Source: a virus. Taken from it: 64,000 nucleotides of DNA. The stretch covers positions 1 to 64,000 of the IMG/VR virus record IMGVR_UViG_3300035494_000060; one strand, 5' to 3'. Below, one piece after another: positions 8,076-16,047 of the stretch; position 1 is the first letter of the stretch; each line of letters begins with the position of its first letter. Position numbers and translations under genes: made by a program. Below the pieces are notes generated by a model. That model saw nothing but the letters and a program-made list of their open reading frames with translations. It had not been told where the DNA came from and searched no databases.

Positions 8076-9908
8076 TCACCCGAGCAGGCCCTCCAGCGCC
8101 TCGTCAAGGTGAATGGCTGGCAGGGCAATGCTTTTGGACACTAGCCCCGCCTTTTGCAATTGCGCCAGGACATGCGGGCCCCCGAGCGCATTGTAAACAT
8201 AACTTTGTGCAATCACACCCTCCACCGATGCACTTAATTGCAATAGCTCCCCCAGGTTCGTCGGGGTGATGACCGCCTGCGCGCCCCCCGCGTACTGGTT
8301 GAACATGCCTATGAGGAACTCCCCCTCCTTCGTGAGGCCATGGGCCTCCGGCATCAGCCCATGCCCCGAGTCGGGGTCGTCCCAGCAACTGGTGACGGAC
8401 TGGAACACGTCTTCGAAGGGGGTGCCCTTGGCAATGACGCAGCCCGGGTGCCCGATCCCATCCCCCTTGGCGGCCTTCAGCATGCCCATCAGGACGTCCA
8501 GGCCCGCAGCGGTCTCCAGCTCGGGGTGGCCCATGTAGACGGCCCCGGTCAGACCATCGACGGTGATCTTCTGGCCCGCCGGGATGCCGGTCACGCCCGC
8601 GCAGCCGACCACGCAGGTCTTGTCCATGCCCCGGGCCACCACGGCGGCGTGGCAGGTAATCCCACCTGTGCTGGTGAGGATCGCCACGGACTTGACCATC
8701 ATCGGGAAGTCATCCGGGGAGGTTTCGTCCGCAATCAGGATGCCCTGGCCCTGCGCCGCCTCCAGCTGCTGCATGTTGAAACAGGCGATGCCGTGCACGG
8801 CCCCACCTCCCGCCGCCAGGCCGGTGAAGTCGGCCTTCGCGGACCCGGCCACGGTCGATACGCTGAGGCTCGGCACGATGCTCAGGGGGATGCGCTTGAG
8901 GGCGGCCTGTAGCGACAGGCGCCCGGCCTTCCACAGGTCCTGCGCGATGACCACGTGAGCGGTGGCGGTGCGCTTGGCCGTGCGGGTCTGGAGCACGTAG
9001 AGCTTGCCGGATTCGATGGTGAACTCGACGTCCTGGGCATCGTTGAAGTGCTCCTCCAGGGCCACGGCCAAATCAAGCACCTGCTCGTACAGGGCGGTGT
9101 CCAGGGTCTCCAGGTTCTTCGGGGTGACGGCCCCGGACACCACGTCCTCGCCCTGGCCGCACACCACGTACTCCCCCACCATCTTGTTCTCCCCGGTGGC
9201 TGGGTCGCGGGTGAACATGACACCGGAGGCCGACTTCTCGTCCCGGTTGCCGAACACCATCTTCTGGATGACCACGGCGGTGCCCCAGTTGTCCGGGATG
9301 TTGTGCTTGGCCCGGTACACGCGGGCGCGCTCGGAGTTCCAGCTGTCAAACACAGCCCGGATCGCCTGGGATACCTGCGCCAGAATCGAGTTGGGGAACG
9401 GGCCCGCCAACTGTTCGAACAGGTCTCGGTGGTGCTCGTACCGGCCCATGGCGTCCAGGTCTTCGCAGTGGTAGTCCTCCTTGGCGTGGCCGCGCACGGT
9501 GACGCCGAACATTTCGATCAGGCGGCCCCAGCTGTCGTAGGCGGCCTCCTTGCCGATGGCGTTGGCCAAGTGCCCGATGGTCTGCTCGGTGATGCCCACG
9601 TTCAGGATCGTGTCCATCATGCCGGGCATGCTGACCCGCGCGCCGGAGCGTACTGACACGCACGGGTTGGACTGGGTGAACAGCACCCCGTCGCTCTTGT
9701 CCAGGGCTTCTTGCGCCAGGGCTTGGCAGTAGTGGGCCCGGTTGGTCGAGTCCAGCTTCAGGTAGTCGACGCAGCATTGCGTGGGGATGATGATGGCCTC
9801 GGGCACTGGCAGCTTGAGGTCCTGGGACATGACAGCAAGGCCATAGCCCTTCCCGCCCAGGTGCTCCTTGGTCATCAGTTTGTCGGGGATTTCGTTGAGC
9901 AGGTACAT
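8076..9908 (-). CDS. PPDK/PEP-synthase-like dikinase (ATP-grasp plus phosphohistidine swivel domain) lacking the PEP/pyruvate TIM-barrel
   Basis: ORF 8076..9923, start reset to ATG 9908. GGKGYGLAVM nucleotide-binding motif, RTAKRTA, swivel motif GGITCHAAVVARGMDKTCVVG. About 610 aa, versus about 870 aa for PPDK. C-terminal ~150 aa unassigned. Confidence 0.8.
   Translation of the reverse strand: MYLLNEIPDKLMTKEHLGGKGYGLAVMSQDLKLPVPEAIIIPTQCCVDYLKLDSTNRAHYCQALAQEALDKSDGVLFTQSNPCVSVRSGARVSMPGMMDTILNVGITEQTIGHLANAIGKEAAYDSWGRLIEMFGVTVRGHAKEDYHCEDLDAMGRYEHHRDLFEQLAGPFPNSILAQVSQAIRAVFDSWNSERARVYRAKHNIPDNWGTAVVIQKMVFGNRDEKSASGVMFTRDPATGENKMVGEYVVCGQGEDVVSGAVTPKNLETLDTALYEQVLDLAVALEEHFNDAQDVEFTIESGKLYVLQTRTAKRTATAHVVIAQDLWKAGRLSLQAALKRIPLSIVPSLSVSTVAGSAKADFTGLAAGGGAVHGIACFNMQQLEAAQGQGILIADETSPDDFPMMVKSVAILTSTGGITCHAAVVARGMDKTCVVGCAGVTGIPAGQKITVDGLTGAVYMGHPELETAAGLDVLMGMLKAAKGDGIGHPGCVIAKGTPFEDVFQSVTSCWDDPDSGHGLMPEAHGLTKEGEFLIGMFNQYAGGAQAVITPTNLGELLQLSASVEGVIAQSYVYNALGGPHVLAQLQKAGLVSKSIALPAIHLDEALEGLLG
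8229..8242. repeat. 14-bp palindrome copy
   Basis: TGCACTTAATTGCA inside the dikinase gene, read as L-Q-L-S-A. Confidence 0.9.
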
Positions 9909-9944
9909 TGCCGTTCCCTCCATGTAGTGTTCGGCGTAGTGGAT

Positions 9945-9973
9945 ATTCTCGCGCTGACCCCTCCGTTCGTCAA
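9945..9973 (-). promoter_or_regulatory. conserved sigma70-like promoter P3
   Basis: TTGACG-N17-GAGAAT, then CATGGAGGGAACGGCAATG. The upstream gene's TGA stop lies inside the -35. Confidence 0.7.
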
Positions 9974-10266
9974 GCGGTGGTGAGGCCAGCCAGCTTCAGA
10001 AGGGCACGGCGGGTCTGGATGCTCATGCTATTGGTTTCGTCGGCGGTCTTCACCGCACCCCGGACCCAGCCCTTCAGGTACTCCTCCGGCTTGGTCGCTG
10101 CGATCTTCTTGGCCCGATCCAGGGTCTCGACATCCGCATCCACCTTCACCGGGTTGCCTTTGGCCTTGGCAGCCTTTGGCTTTGCCTGGGGGGTGTCCGG
10201 TGCTGGGGCCGGTGCTGGGGCCGGTGCAGGCGCAGCCGGGTCCTTCTTCTTAATCACTACAGCCAT
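9970..10266 (-). CDS. hypothetical protein with MAVVIKKK N-terminus and a (PA)n linker
   Basis: ORF 9970..10287, start reset to ATG 10266. MAVVIKKKDPAAPAPAPAPAPAPD. Confidence 0.6.
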   Translation of the reverse strand: MAVVIKKKDPAAPAPAPAPAPAPDTPQAKPKAAKAKGNPVKVDADVETLDRAKKIAATKPEEYLKGWVRGAVKTADETNSMSIQTRRALLKLAGLTTA

Positions 10267-10447
10267 CGACGCCTCCACGTACTCCATAACCCTTCATGCT
10301 TGCCGCCAGGATGGCCTCGCGGGCCGTCCCCTCTTGCGCCACGATGTCCCCCGTTTCGAGGACGACGCGCCACGTGCCGGCGCCATACTGCAACTTGCCG
10401 TAGGTGAACACCTTCGGCTGAGCCTTCTTCTTGATGGTTACTGCCAT
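10250..10447 (-). CDS. hypothetical protein with MAVTIKKK N-terminus
   Basis: ORF 10250..10555, start reset to ATG 10447, which overlaps the upstream stop (ATGGCAGTAA). Confidence 0.55.
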   Translation of the reverse strand: MAVTIKKKAQPKVFTYGKLQYGAGTWRVVLETGDIVAQEGTAREAILAASMKGYGVRGGVDGCSD

Positions 10448-10725
10448 AGCTTGATCACTCGGGCCTCCAGGGCCTTCAGTTTCTGACGGTGGGCGATTGC
10501 GACGGCCTTCCCCGACGCCCCCATGCGAGTCATGGCATCCACGACTCCCGACCATCCTGACATCGCGTCCAGGGTGAGCCGGTTGGCCTGGGCCATGCGC
10601 TCGTCACGTTCGACGGAGCCCATGTCCAAGCCTACGCGGTAGGCGGCGGATAGGGCGTCAGTGGGTGATATGGACCCCTGCTCCAGCTGTTGCAGCAGGT
10701 CTTCGAGATACGGATGCGACACCAT
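10438..10725 (-). CDS. hypothetical protein
   Basis: ORF-track 95 aa. GGGAG lies before ATG 10725. Overlaps the 3' end of the XRE gene by 68 nt. Confidence 0.5.
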   Translation of the reverse strand: MVSHPYLEDLLQQLEQGSISPTDALSAAYRVGLDMGSVERDERMAQANRLTLDAMSGWSGVVDAMTRMGASGKAVAIAHRQKLKALEARVIKLWQ

Positions 10726-10960
10726 GCTTCTCCCAGGTGAGGCGGTAGCCCAGGGCTTCCGCTACTCGGCAGATGGTGTCGAGTCGGGGATTCTTGACCT
10801 TGCCCGAGGCCCACCCATTGAGTGTGGACGCCGACACTTTAGCCGTTTCTGCGAGGTCCGTCCGCTGGTGCGCGTGGGTCTTTTCGATGTCGCGTAGCAC
10901 GAGGTCCATCAGGTCCTGCTGGCTGGCGGTGCGCTCGTGGTTCTGGCGAGTGTTGGTCAT
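10658..10960 (-). CDS. XRE/Cro-type helix-turn-helix regulator
   Basis: ORF 10658..10975, start reset to ATG 10960 after CATGGAGGG. HTH stretch DLAETAKVSASTLNGWASGK. Confidence 0.7.
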   Translation of the reverse strand: MTNTRQNHERTASQQDLMDLVLRDIEKTHAHQRTDLAETAKVSASTLNGWASGKVKNPRLDTICRVAEALGYRLTWEKHGVASVSRRPAATAGAGVHITH

Positions 10961-10987
10961 GCGTGCTCCCTCCATGTGGTGCAGTGG

Positions 10988-11257
10988 TTAAGCGGTCTCC
11001 GCCTCCCGTGGCGCTATCAGCGTCGGGTCCATCAGGTAGCGGTCAAACAGGGCCTTCAGGGCTTCCCGGCGGTAGTGGTCGACCGGGTGCCCCAGCGAGG
11101 CATAGAACTTCGGGTCCTCATAGGCCAGCACCCCCTTCTCCAGAACCACGCGGGTAGCACCCGGCAGCTCAGCATCGTGTGCCAGCGCCGAGGTCAAGGC
11201 GGTCTTGTAGTCGCGGGCCAGCAAGGGCAGTACGACAAGGGTGGCTAAGGTTTCCAT
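10988..11257 (-). CDS. hypothetical protein
   Basis: Lies within ORF 10988..11602. Start ATG 11257 (METLATL) is 6 nt after GGAGG and downstream of P4. Confidence 0.6.
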   Translation of the reverse strand: METLATLVVLPLLARDYKTALTSALAHDAELPGATRVVLEKGVLAYEDPKFYASLGHPVDHYRREALKALFDRYLMDPTLIAPREAETA

Positions 11258-11293
11258 GGGGCCCCTCCGTAGGGGTGTGAGTCCGTAAGTCAC

Positions 11294-11322
11294 AGTCTCG
11301 CACCCCGACTTGCGTTCGTCAA
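11294..11322 (-). promoter_or_regulatory. conserved sigma70-like promoter P4
   Basis: TTGACG-N17-GAGACT. A palindrome lies 5 bp upstream. Confidence 0.7.
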
Positions 11323-11327
11323 GCGAG

Positions 11328-11341
11328 TGCAATTGGTTGCA
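11328..11341. repeat. 14-bp palindrome copy
   Basis: TGCAATTGGTTGCA, 5 bp upstream of the P4 -35. Confidence 0.9.
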
Positions 11342-11343
11342 AT

Positions 11344-11715
11344 CTATTCGGTGTGCCAGCCCGTGACTTCGCCCCGGGCGTCGGTGAACAGGTGACTGAA
11401 GAGTTCGGCCTTCTGCACCAGGGAAAGTTCCATCCATGTGGCCGCTGGGATCAGGAACGCCAGCCTCCCGTCTCCGGTGCCGCCCAGCTCGGGGGTGACC
11501 TTCACGTGTCGGCCAAGCTCGGCTTTCCCCGCCAGGGAGGCTGCCGCCGGGCTGTCCATCACCGTGGTGTACATGGGCTGGGTCTTGCCACAGTCGATGC
11601 ACTCCCGCACGCGCGGGCCATAGTAGTTGACCCAGGTGTGCTTGCCATCATTGGCATTCGGACAGGCGAACTTTCGCAGGGGAATGCAATTAGCTGCAAC
11701 GGCGCTCAGGTCCAT
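11344..11715 (-). CDS. hypothetical protein (Cys-containing)
   Basis: ORF 11344..11814, start reset to ATG 11715 after AGGAG. Confidence 0.55.
   Translation of the reverse strand: MDLSAVAANCIPLRKFACPNANDGKHTWVNYYGPRVRECIDCGKTQPMYTTVMDSPAAASLAGKAELGRHVKVTPELGGTGDGRLAFLIPAATWMELSLVQKAELFSHLFTDARGEVTGWHTE
11685..11698. repeat. 14-bp palindrome copy
   Basis: TGCAATTAGCTGCA inside 11344..11715. Confidence 0.9.
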
Positions 11716-12046
11716 GCGGGTGCTCCTCAGTGTCTGGAAAGGTGGGTTGGAATCGGGATGGCGCGTACTCCAGGAGCCAACCGGCATCGAGTACCTTCCG
11801 GCGCCCGTTGTCATCCTTCAGTTCGTCCGTCATGGCCCGGAGCATGTGGAACACGGCCAGCGCCGTGGCACGCACCGGGGTGACGGCTTCATGTGCATCG
11901 GTGAACAGGGGGAACTGGCCCCATACCGTCACGCGCCAGTAGTGTGGGACGGTCCTCAGGATGTGGGGGATGGAGGCCAGCACCTCCTCGGACCCCCTGG
12001 CATCGTTGTCGGAGAACTTGTAAGAGAGGGCCCCCTTGATCTTCAT
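11690..12046 (-). CDS. hypothetical protein
   Basis: ORF-track 118 aa. ATGA overlap with the upstream gene. Confidence 0.55.
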   Translation of the reverse strand: MKIKGALSYKFSDNDARGSEEVLASIPHILRTVPHYWRVTVWGQFPLFTDAHEAVTPVRATALAVFHMLRAMTDELKDDNGRRKVLDAGWLLEYAPSRFQPTFPDTEEHPHGPERRCS

Positions 12047-12369
12047 GGTGCGTCCTTATGCCCCGCGTCTCGGGCTGCTAGCTCACCCGCCAGGGCGGTG
12101 TAGCCGGCGCCATCAACGAAGCTGTCATGGTGGTAACCGGGCGCGCTGTAGCGGCGCACGATCTTGAGTAGGTTCTGGATTTCAGCGATGTCACGCCCGG
12201 ACAGCTGCGCCGCGCCCTTTCGATCAGCGGCGGCGTTGAACATGGTGGCCACCCGGTCGAAGCTGCGCTCCGGCGCCCCCTGGGCGTTCGGGTCGTACTG
12301 GGTGCTGGCGTGGGTCAGGACCTCACGGGCCTCGGTGAGCAGGTCGGCTGCGGGGTTAGCATAGGACAC
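12043..12369 (-). CDS. hypothetical protein (resembles the small phage DUF6378-type domain)
   Basis: ORF-track 108 aa. Pattern F..VA..F......LSGRDIAEI...KIVR......HHDSFVDGAGY. Family assignment is from memory only. Confidence 0.55.
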   Translation of the reverse strand: MSYANPAADLLTEAREVLTHASTQYDPNAQGAPERSFDRVATMFNAAADRKGAAQLSGRDIAEIQNLLKIVRRYSAPGYHHDSFVDGAGYTALAGELAARDAGHKDAP

Positions 12370-12550
12370 AGAACTTCTCCCGCTTCAGGACACGGATCAC
12401 GGTCAGGGAGACCATGGGGTCCTGGCTTTGGCTCAATTCCCGCAACAGGCGGCGGGCGGTGGCCAGCTCGGATTTGACCTCGACATAGGCCGCTTCAAGG
12501 TCGCCTCCGAACTCCTCCAGAAGGCGGTCGGTGTTGGTTGGGGCTGGCAT
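12356..12550 (-). CDS. hypothetical protein
   Basis: ORF 12356..12661, start reset to ATG 12550, 8 nt after AGGAG. Confidence 0.45.
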   Translation of the reverse strand: MPAPTNTDRLLEEFGGDLEAAYVEVKSELATARRLLRELSQSQDPMVSLTVIRVLKREKFCVLC

Positions 12551-12564
12551 CGGTACTGCTCCTA

Positions 12565-12792
12565 TCAGGGGAGTCGAGCCCACTCCCCCAAGGCTTGGTC
12601 GGTCATGTCGGTGGTGAGCTTGCTCTGGTGCTCGTCGGTTGCCACGTCGCATTTCGAGCATACCACCACCACACCTCTACGGAACTTCCCGCGCAGCTTG
12701 CTGTATCGGACCCCGAGGATCAGCTTTCCACCGCAGCGGCAGGGCTTGCTCAGGGGGTCGACGGGCTCCCGGCGGGTGATGCGGACGGCCAC
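12565..12792 (-). CDS. zinc-ribbon protein with MAVRIT N-terminus
   Basis: ORF-track 75 aa. CRCG...CSKC. Confidence 0.55.
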   Translation of the reverse strand: MAVRITRREPVDPLSKPCRCGGKLILGVRYSKLRGKFRRGVVVVCSKCDVATDEHQSKLTTDMTDQALGEWARLP

Positions 12793-12793
12793 C

Positions 12794-13075
12794 TCAGTGC
12801 AGGGTGTGGGTTGTGACCTTCAGGGCGACCACGCCGGGGCCCACGTCCTTCTGGATGCGCGCCAGGAGGGCACGCTTGAAGTTGGCGAAGGCACGCTTGG
12901 CCTCCGGGCTCCGCGCCAGCATGGCTTCGTTCGAATAGGCGTCCGAGAACTCCAGGATTTCGAAGGCGGCCTTGCGGATTTCGTCGTCAGTCTTGTCCGC
13001 ATTCGGCTGGCTCAGGAACTGGGTGTAGGCCTCGCACTTGGCGATCAACTCGGCATCGTTAAGCATGGTGTTCAT
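12794..13075 (-). CDS. hypothetical protein
   Basis: ORF 12794..13174, start reset to ATG 13075 after AGGAGG. Lies downstream of P5. Confidence 0.6.
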   Translation of the reverse strand: MNTMLNDAELIAKCEAYTQFLSQPNADKTDDEIRKAAFEILEFSDAYSNEAMLARSPEAKRAFANFKRALLARIQKDVGPGVVALKVTTHTLH

Positions 13076-13661
13076 TGGGGTGCCCCTCCTTGTGTGTTGC
13101 CCCATTCTGACCTTTGGGGCTTTGTTTGTCAAGTGGTTGCCAGGCTGCCCGGTGCGCCCGCATGCGCTTCTCAAACGTCCCCATCGGGATGCCCATCAGG
13201 TACGCGATCTGCCGGTAGGTCTTGCCCTGGCTCCGGTGCTCGCGGACCTGCTGCCAATAGGTCGACTGGTAGTCGTAGACCTCGGGGTACTTCTCCTTCC
13301 AGTAGCGATCACTTGCGGCCTGGGCCTTCTCCAGGTTGCGCAGGCTGGCGGCACGATGCGCCGGCGTGTCTGTGGCGGTCGGGTGGGTCTCCAGGTAGGC
13401 CGCATGGTCGTACTTGGGCCAGTCAATCCCAGGGTCTATGCGCCGCAGCATGGCCAGGAACTGCCCCTCGGTGAATCCGAGCAGGTCACCCGCGTGCACC
13501 TTGCAGTAGCCCAGGCTGGCGAGCTTCTCCAGCACCTTCAGGAAGGGGACGCCGTACTCGGCCTCGGCGGCTTCCACCAGGGCCAGGGTGGCCGGTGACA
13601 CCCGGCCTAGCAGCGGGCGACCGGAGTCCACTCGCTGCTTGCTTGGATCGCGCTGGCTCAT
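13059..13661 (-). CDS. putative HTH DNA-binding protein
   Basis: ORF-track 200 aa. C-terminal GKTYRQIAYLMGIPMGTFEKRM resembles a sigma70 region-4/LuxR-type HTH. Its 3' end reads through P5. Confidence 0.55.
   Translation of the reverse strand: MSQRDPSKQRVDSGRPLLGRVSPATLALVEAAEAEYGVPFLKVLEKLASLGYCKVHAGDLLGFTEGQFLAMLRRIDPGIDWPKYDHAAYLETHPTATDTPAHRAASLRNLEKAQAASDRYWKEKYPEVYDYQSTYWQQVREHRSQGKTYRQIAYLMGIPMGTFEKRMRAHRAAWQPLDKQSPKGQNGATHKEGHPNEHHA
13104..13132 (-). promoter_or_regulatory. conserved sigma70-like promoter P5
   Basis: TTGACA-N17-CAGAAT. Confidence 0.65.
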
Positions 13662-13957
13662 AGGTGGGTATACAGGCCGGTGTGCTCGGTGAAGGCTACT
13701 TGCAGCTGATCAGCGTAGATGCCTTCAGTGGACGACTTCACCTTGACCGTCATGCCCCGCACGAACAGGAACTGCATGTCGTAGGTGTCAGCGGCATTCA
13801 GGGTGATGCGGACCTTGTTCACGCCCTTGCAGTTGCGGCCCACCTTGAACTGGACTCCGCTTTTGATGGCGTAGATGTCCTTGGCGCCGGTCATGCTGGT
13901 GAAGCGGCGGCCTCCCAGCTGGGCGAGGATGGTTTCAGCGATTTGCATGTCTGACAT
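13658..13957 (-). CDS. hypothetical protein
   Basis: ORF 13658..14092, start reset to ATG 13957 after CATGGAGGGTCACCCA. Lies downstream of P6. Confidence 0.65.
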   Translation of the reverse strand: MSDMQIAETILAQLGGRRFTSMTGAKDIYAIKSGVQFKVGRNCKGVNKVRITLNAADTYDMQFLFVRGMTVKVKSSTEGIYADQLQVAFTEHTGLYTHL

Positions 13958-14001
13958 TGGGTGACCCTCCATGTAGGTGGGGCGGCGTGCCCCATGTGGT
14001 A

Positions 14002-14031
14002 ATTCTCGCGCCGCCCCCCCATGTTCGTCAA
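14002..14031 (-). promoter_or_regulatory. conserved sigma70-like promoter P6
   Basis: TTGACG-N18-GAGAAT. A palindrome lies 8 bp upstream. Confidence 0.7.
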
Positions 14032-14204
14032 GCGGTTCGTGCAATTGATTGCACAGGGCGGGATGCCCGTTCGGCCTCCTTGAATGCGTCATCGAGCAGC
14101 TTGGTCAGGTAGGCCTCGTCGATCACGACGCCAGCCCGACTTTGCTGTAGCAGGTGGTGGATCACCGGCGCCCCGCGTACTTTCTGCTTTGGGTCCAACG
14201 TCAT
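14028..14204 (-). CDS. hypothetical small protein (58 aa, below the ORF-track cutoff)
   Basis: Hand-translated MTLDPKQKVRGAPV...SIARTA. ATGA overlap with the upstream stop. Its own TGA stop lies inside the P6 -35. Confidence 0.45.
   Translation of the reverse strand: MTLDPKQKVRGAPVIHHLLQQSRAGVVIDEAYLTKLLDDAFKEAERASRPVQSIARTA
14040..14053. repeat. 14-bp palindrome copy
   Basis: TGCAATTGATTGCA (perfect arms), 8 bp upstream of the P6 -35. Confidence 0.9.
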
Positions 14205-14407
14205 TCCGCCCCGGACCCCTTCAGATCGACAAAGGAATACCCGTCCGGCATCGGCATCACCTCCAGGCGCCCGCTGTCGGTCAAGCTGCTGACCATGGCC
14301 ATGGCGTAGGACCAGCGTTCCTCCGGCAACAGAACCAGGTGCGGCCTCCCGTCAATCTCTACCACGATGCTGACTTTGCTGATGTCCTTGGTGGTCTTCT
14401 CAGTCAC
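14201..14407 (-). CDS. hypothetical protein
   Basis: ORF-track 68 aa. Tightly packed with its neighbours. Confidence 0.55.
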   Translation of the reverse strand: MTEKTTKDISKVSIVVEIDGRPHLVLLPEERWSYAMAMVSSLTDSGRLEVMPMPDGYSFVDLKGSGAE

Positions 14408-14636
14408 TGTGTGCTCCTTGTTGCTTCAGGATGGTGAGGCAGCGCTTGCAGGGGCGGCATCCGACCTTGCTCGGGTCCAGGGTGCTGGCGCCCATGCTGC
14501 TGGGGTTGGCGTGGCACAGGGCCCCGCCGTCGCGGATCGCGTGTGCGGTCCCATTCCGGTGCCCATCGGGAGTCTCCGAGGGGGCCCACCAGATGTAGGT
14601 CCCGGCCACGTGGACAGGTGGGGTCAGTGTGGCCAC
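14400..14636 (-). CDS. hypothetical Cys-rich protein
   Basis: ORF-track 78 aa with GTG start. High third-position GC. CHANP...CRPCKRC. Confidence 0.5.
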   Translation of the reverse strand: MATLTPPVHVAGTYIWWAPSETPDGHRNGTAHAIRDGGALCHANPSSMGASTLDPSKVGCRPCKRCLTILKQQGAHSD

Positions 14637-15055
14637 TTCAGGTCGTGCTCCGGGTTAAGGAATGCAATCACGTCCTCGGTCGGCAGCCGCGCCAGGAGAC
14701 GTCCGCCGGTGAGGCATTGGTAGACCACGCGGACGCTGGTGGTTCCATCCTCGCGTGGCATGAGGTCCACCGAGTAGCTGTCATGCAGCCAGCCATGGGT
14801 GCCGTAGATCATGTTCTCCCGGATGAAGTCGAACACCAACGGGGTCGGCTCCACGTAGATGAAGCGATCTGTCGGCGGGAATCCTTCGCGCTTCTTGATC
14901 AGGCCGCTGGTGACCCCGCCCATCACGAACAGCTCCTTGTGGGTGAGCTTCATGTTCAGGTGCTTCGGGGTGAACGGCTCAAAGGACCGGCTGAAGGTGA
15001 ACAGCTCCTCCATCCGGGTGACTTGCGGCATGTACAGGTGTGGGGTGGTTATCAC
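14624..15055 (-). CDS. hypothetical protein
   Basis: ORF 14624..15124, start reset to GTG 15055, 7 nt after ATGGAGGG. Confidence 0.55.
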   Translation of the reverse strand: MITTPHLYMPQVTRMEELFTFSRSFEPFTPKHLNMKLTHKELFVMGGVTSGLIKKREGFPPTDRFIYVEPTPLVFDFIRENMIYGTHGWLHDSYSVDLMPREDGTTSVRVVYQCLTGGRLLARLPTEDVIAFLNPEHDLKWPH

Positions 15056-15095
15056 GGTGTTGCCCTCCATGTTGGGGGATGGCCCCCAGGTTGTG

Positions 15096-15359
15096 TCAGC
15101 TTCGCTTGTTGATCCGCACGCCAAGGGGGCGAAGGGTCAGCCCCTCGTCCGCCAGGGTGCCCAGGTGGTGTGCACGGCCACGATCCTGGGTCGTGAAGTA
15201 GGGGTCCAGGATGTCGCAGAAACGCAACACCTCGCGGCCCACGCCCTCCACCAGTGCCAGGTAGAAGGTGAACACCTCCCCTCGGTAGTAGTGGGTGGCC
15301 CCCAGCTCCTTGGCCAGGGCCCGGGCCTCGCCCTCGTCGGCATAGGTGAAGTGCTCCAT
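15096..15359 (-). CDS. hypothetical protein
   Basis: ORF 15096..15545, start reset to ATG 15359, which overlaps the upstream TAA (TAATG). Confidence 0.55.
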   Translation of the reverse strand: MEHFTYADEGEARALAKELGATHYYRGEVFTFYLALVEGVGREVLRFCDILDPYFTTQDRGRAHHLGTLADEGLTLRPLGVRINKRS

Positions 15360-15667
15360 TACTTGGTGACCCTCACATGGCGGCGGATGTCCCACTTCTC
15401 CCACACGATGTCCCCCTCGGGGCTCTCGTCGACGGCGAGGTACAGCACGGTCTTGAGGATTTTCGCGCCCCGCAGCGGGGACTGGTGCGGCAGGTCGCGG
15501 TAGGTCAGGCGCACGGTGTGGGTGGCTCCGCGCTGCCCGGCCCATTCATCCGGCGCACCGTCCCAGTAGCAGAAGTGGTTCCCGGTGTCCTTCTCGTAGA
15601 ACGTGCCGTCAGCAGTCAGCTGGCACTTGAGGATGGCATTGCGGGTGTCGATGGGAAGGACTTGCAT
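15359..15667 (-). CDS. hypothetical protein
   Basis: ORF-track 102 aa. AGGAG lies 8 nt before the ATG. Lies downstream of P7. Confidence 0.6.
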   Translation of the reverse strand: MQVLPIDTRNAILKCQLTADGTFYEKDTGNHFCYWDGAPDEWAGQRGATHTVRLTYRDLPHQSPLRGAKILKTVLYLAVDESPEGDIVWEKWDIRRHVRVTK

Positions 15668-15710
15668 GTTCGGCGCTCCTGGTGATTGGGTTGGCCCCCG
15701 GTACAGACAC

Positions 15711-15739
15711 AGTATCTACGCCCGCCCTTTGTTCGTCAA
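15711..15739 (-). promoter_or_regulatory. conserved sigma70-like promoter P7
   Basis: TTGACG-N17-GATACT. A palindrome lies 8 bp upstream. Confidence 0.65.
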
Positions 15740-15747
15740 GTGGCGAG

Positions 15748-15761
15748 TGCAATTAAGTGCA
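15748..15761. repeat. 14-bp palindrome copy
   Basis: TGCAATTAAGTGCA, 8 bp upstream of the P7 -35. Confidence 0.9.
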
Positions 15762-15762
15762 A

Positions 15763-16047
15763 TCAGTCTAGGAGAGGATCATCGACCATGGACGGCATCA
15801 GGTCCCAGGCGGGCTGCCCAACCCTCGGGAACCAGCATTCGCCACGGCTCCGGTTGTGCGGGTAGGGGTAGGAGGAGCAACGGCAGGTGTAGGCCCGCCA
15901 GGGGCGGCTATTGGCCCACTTGTCGACGCGCAGCGGGCCATCGCAGCGCGGGCACACCGGAGGGCGGTCGTACCACTCAGGTGGCTGGTCCAGCGCCACA
16001 CGCTTGTCACATTTACGGCAGCGGCAATGCGTGCGGCTCACGGTCAC
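15763..16047 (-). CDS. zinc-finger protein
   Basis: ORF-track 94 aa. CRCRKC...CPRC...CRC. ATGA overlap with the upstream gene. Confidence 0.55.
   Translation of the reverse strand: MTVSRTHCRCRKCDKRVALDQPPEWYDRPPVCPRCDGPLRVDKWANSRPWRAYTCRCSSYPYPHNRSRGECWFPRVGQPAWDLMPSMVDDPLLD

Noticed and set aside
10658-10960. A lysogeny module, implied by the XRE regulator and the MerR/excisionase-like protein at 48922..49287.
   Set aside because: No integrase, recombinase or attP-like structure is present in the window. HTH proteins alone do not show that a phage is temperate.
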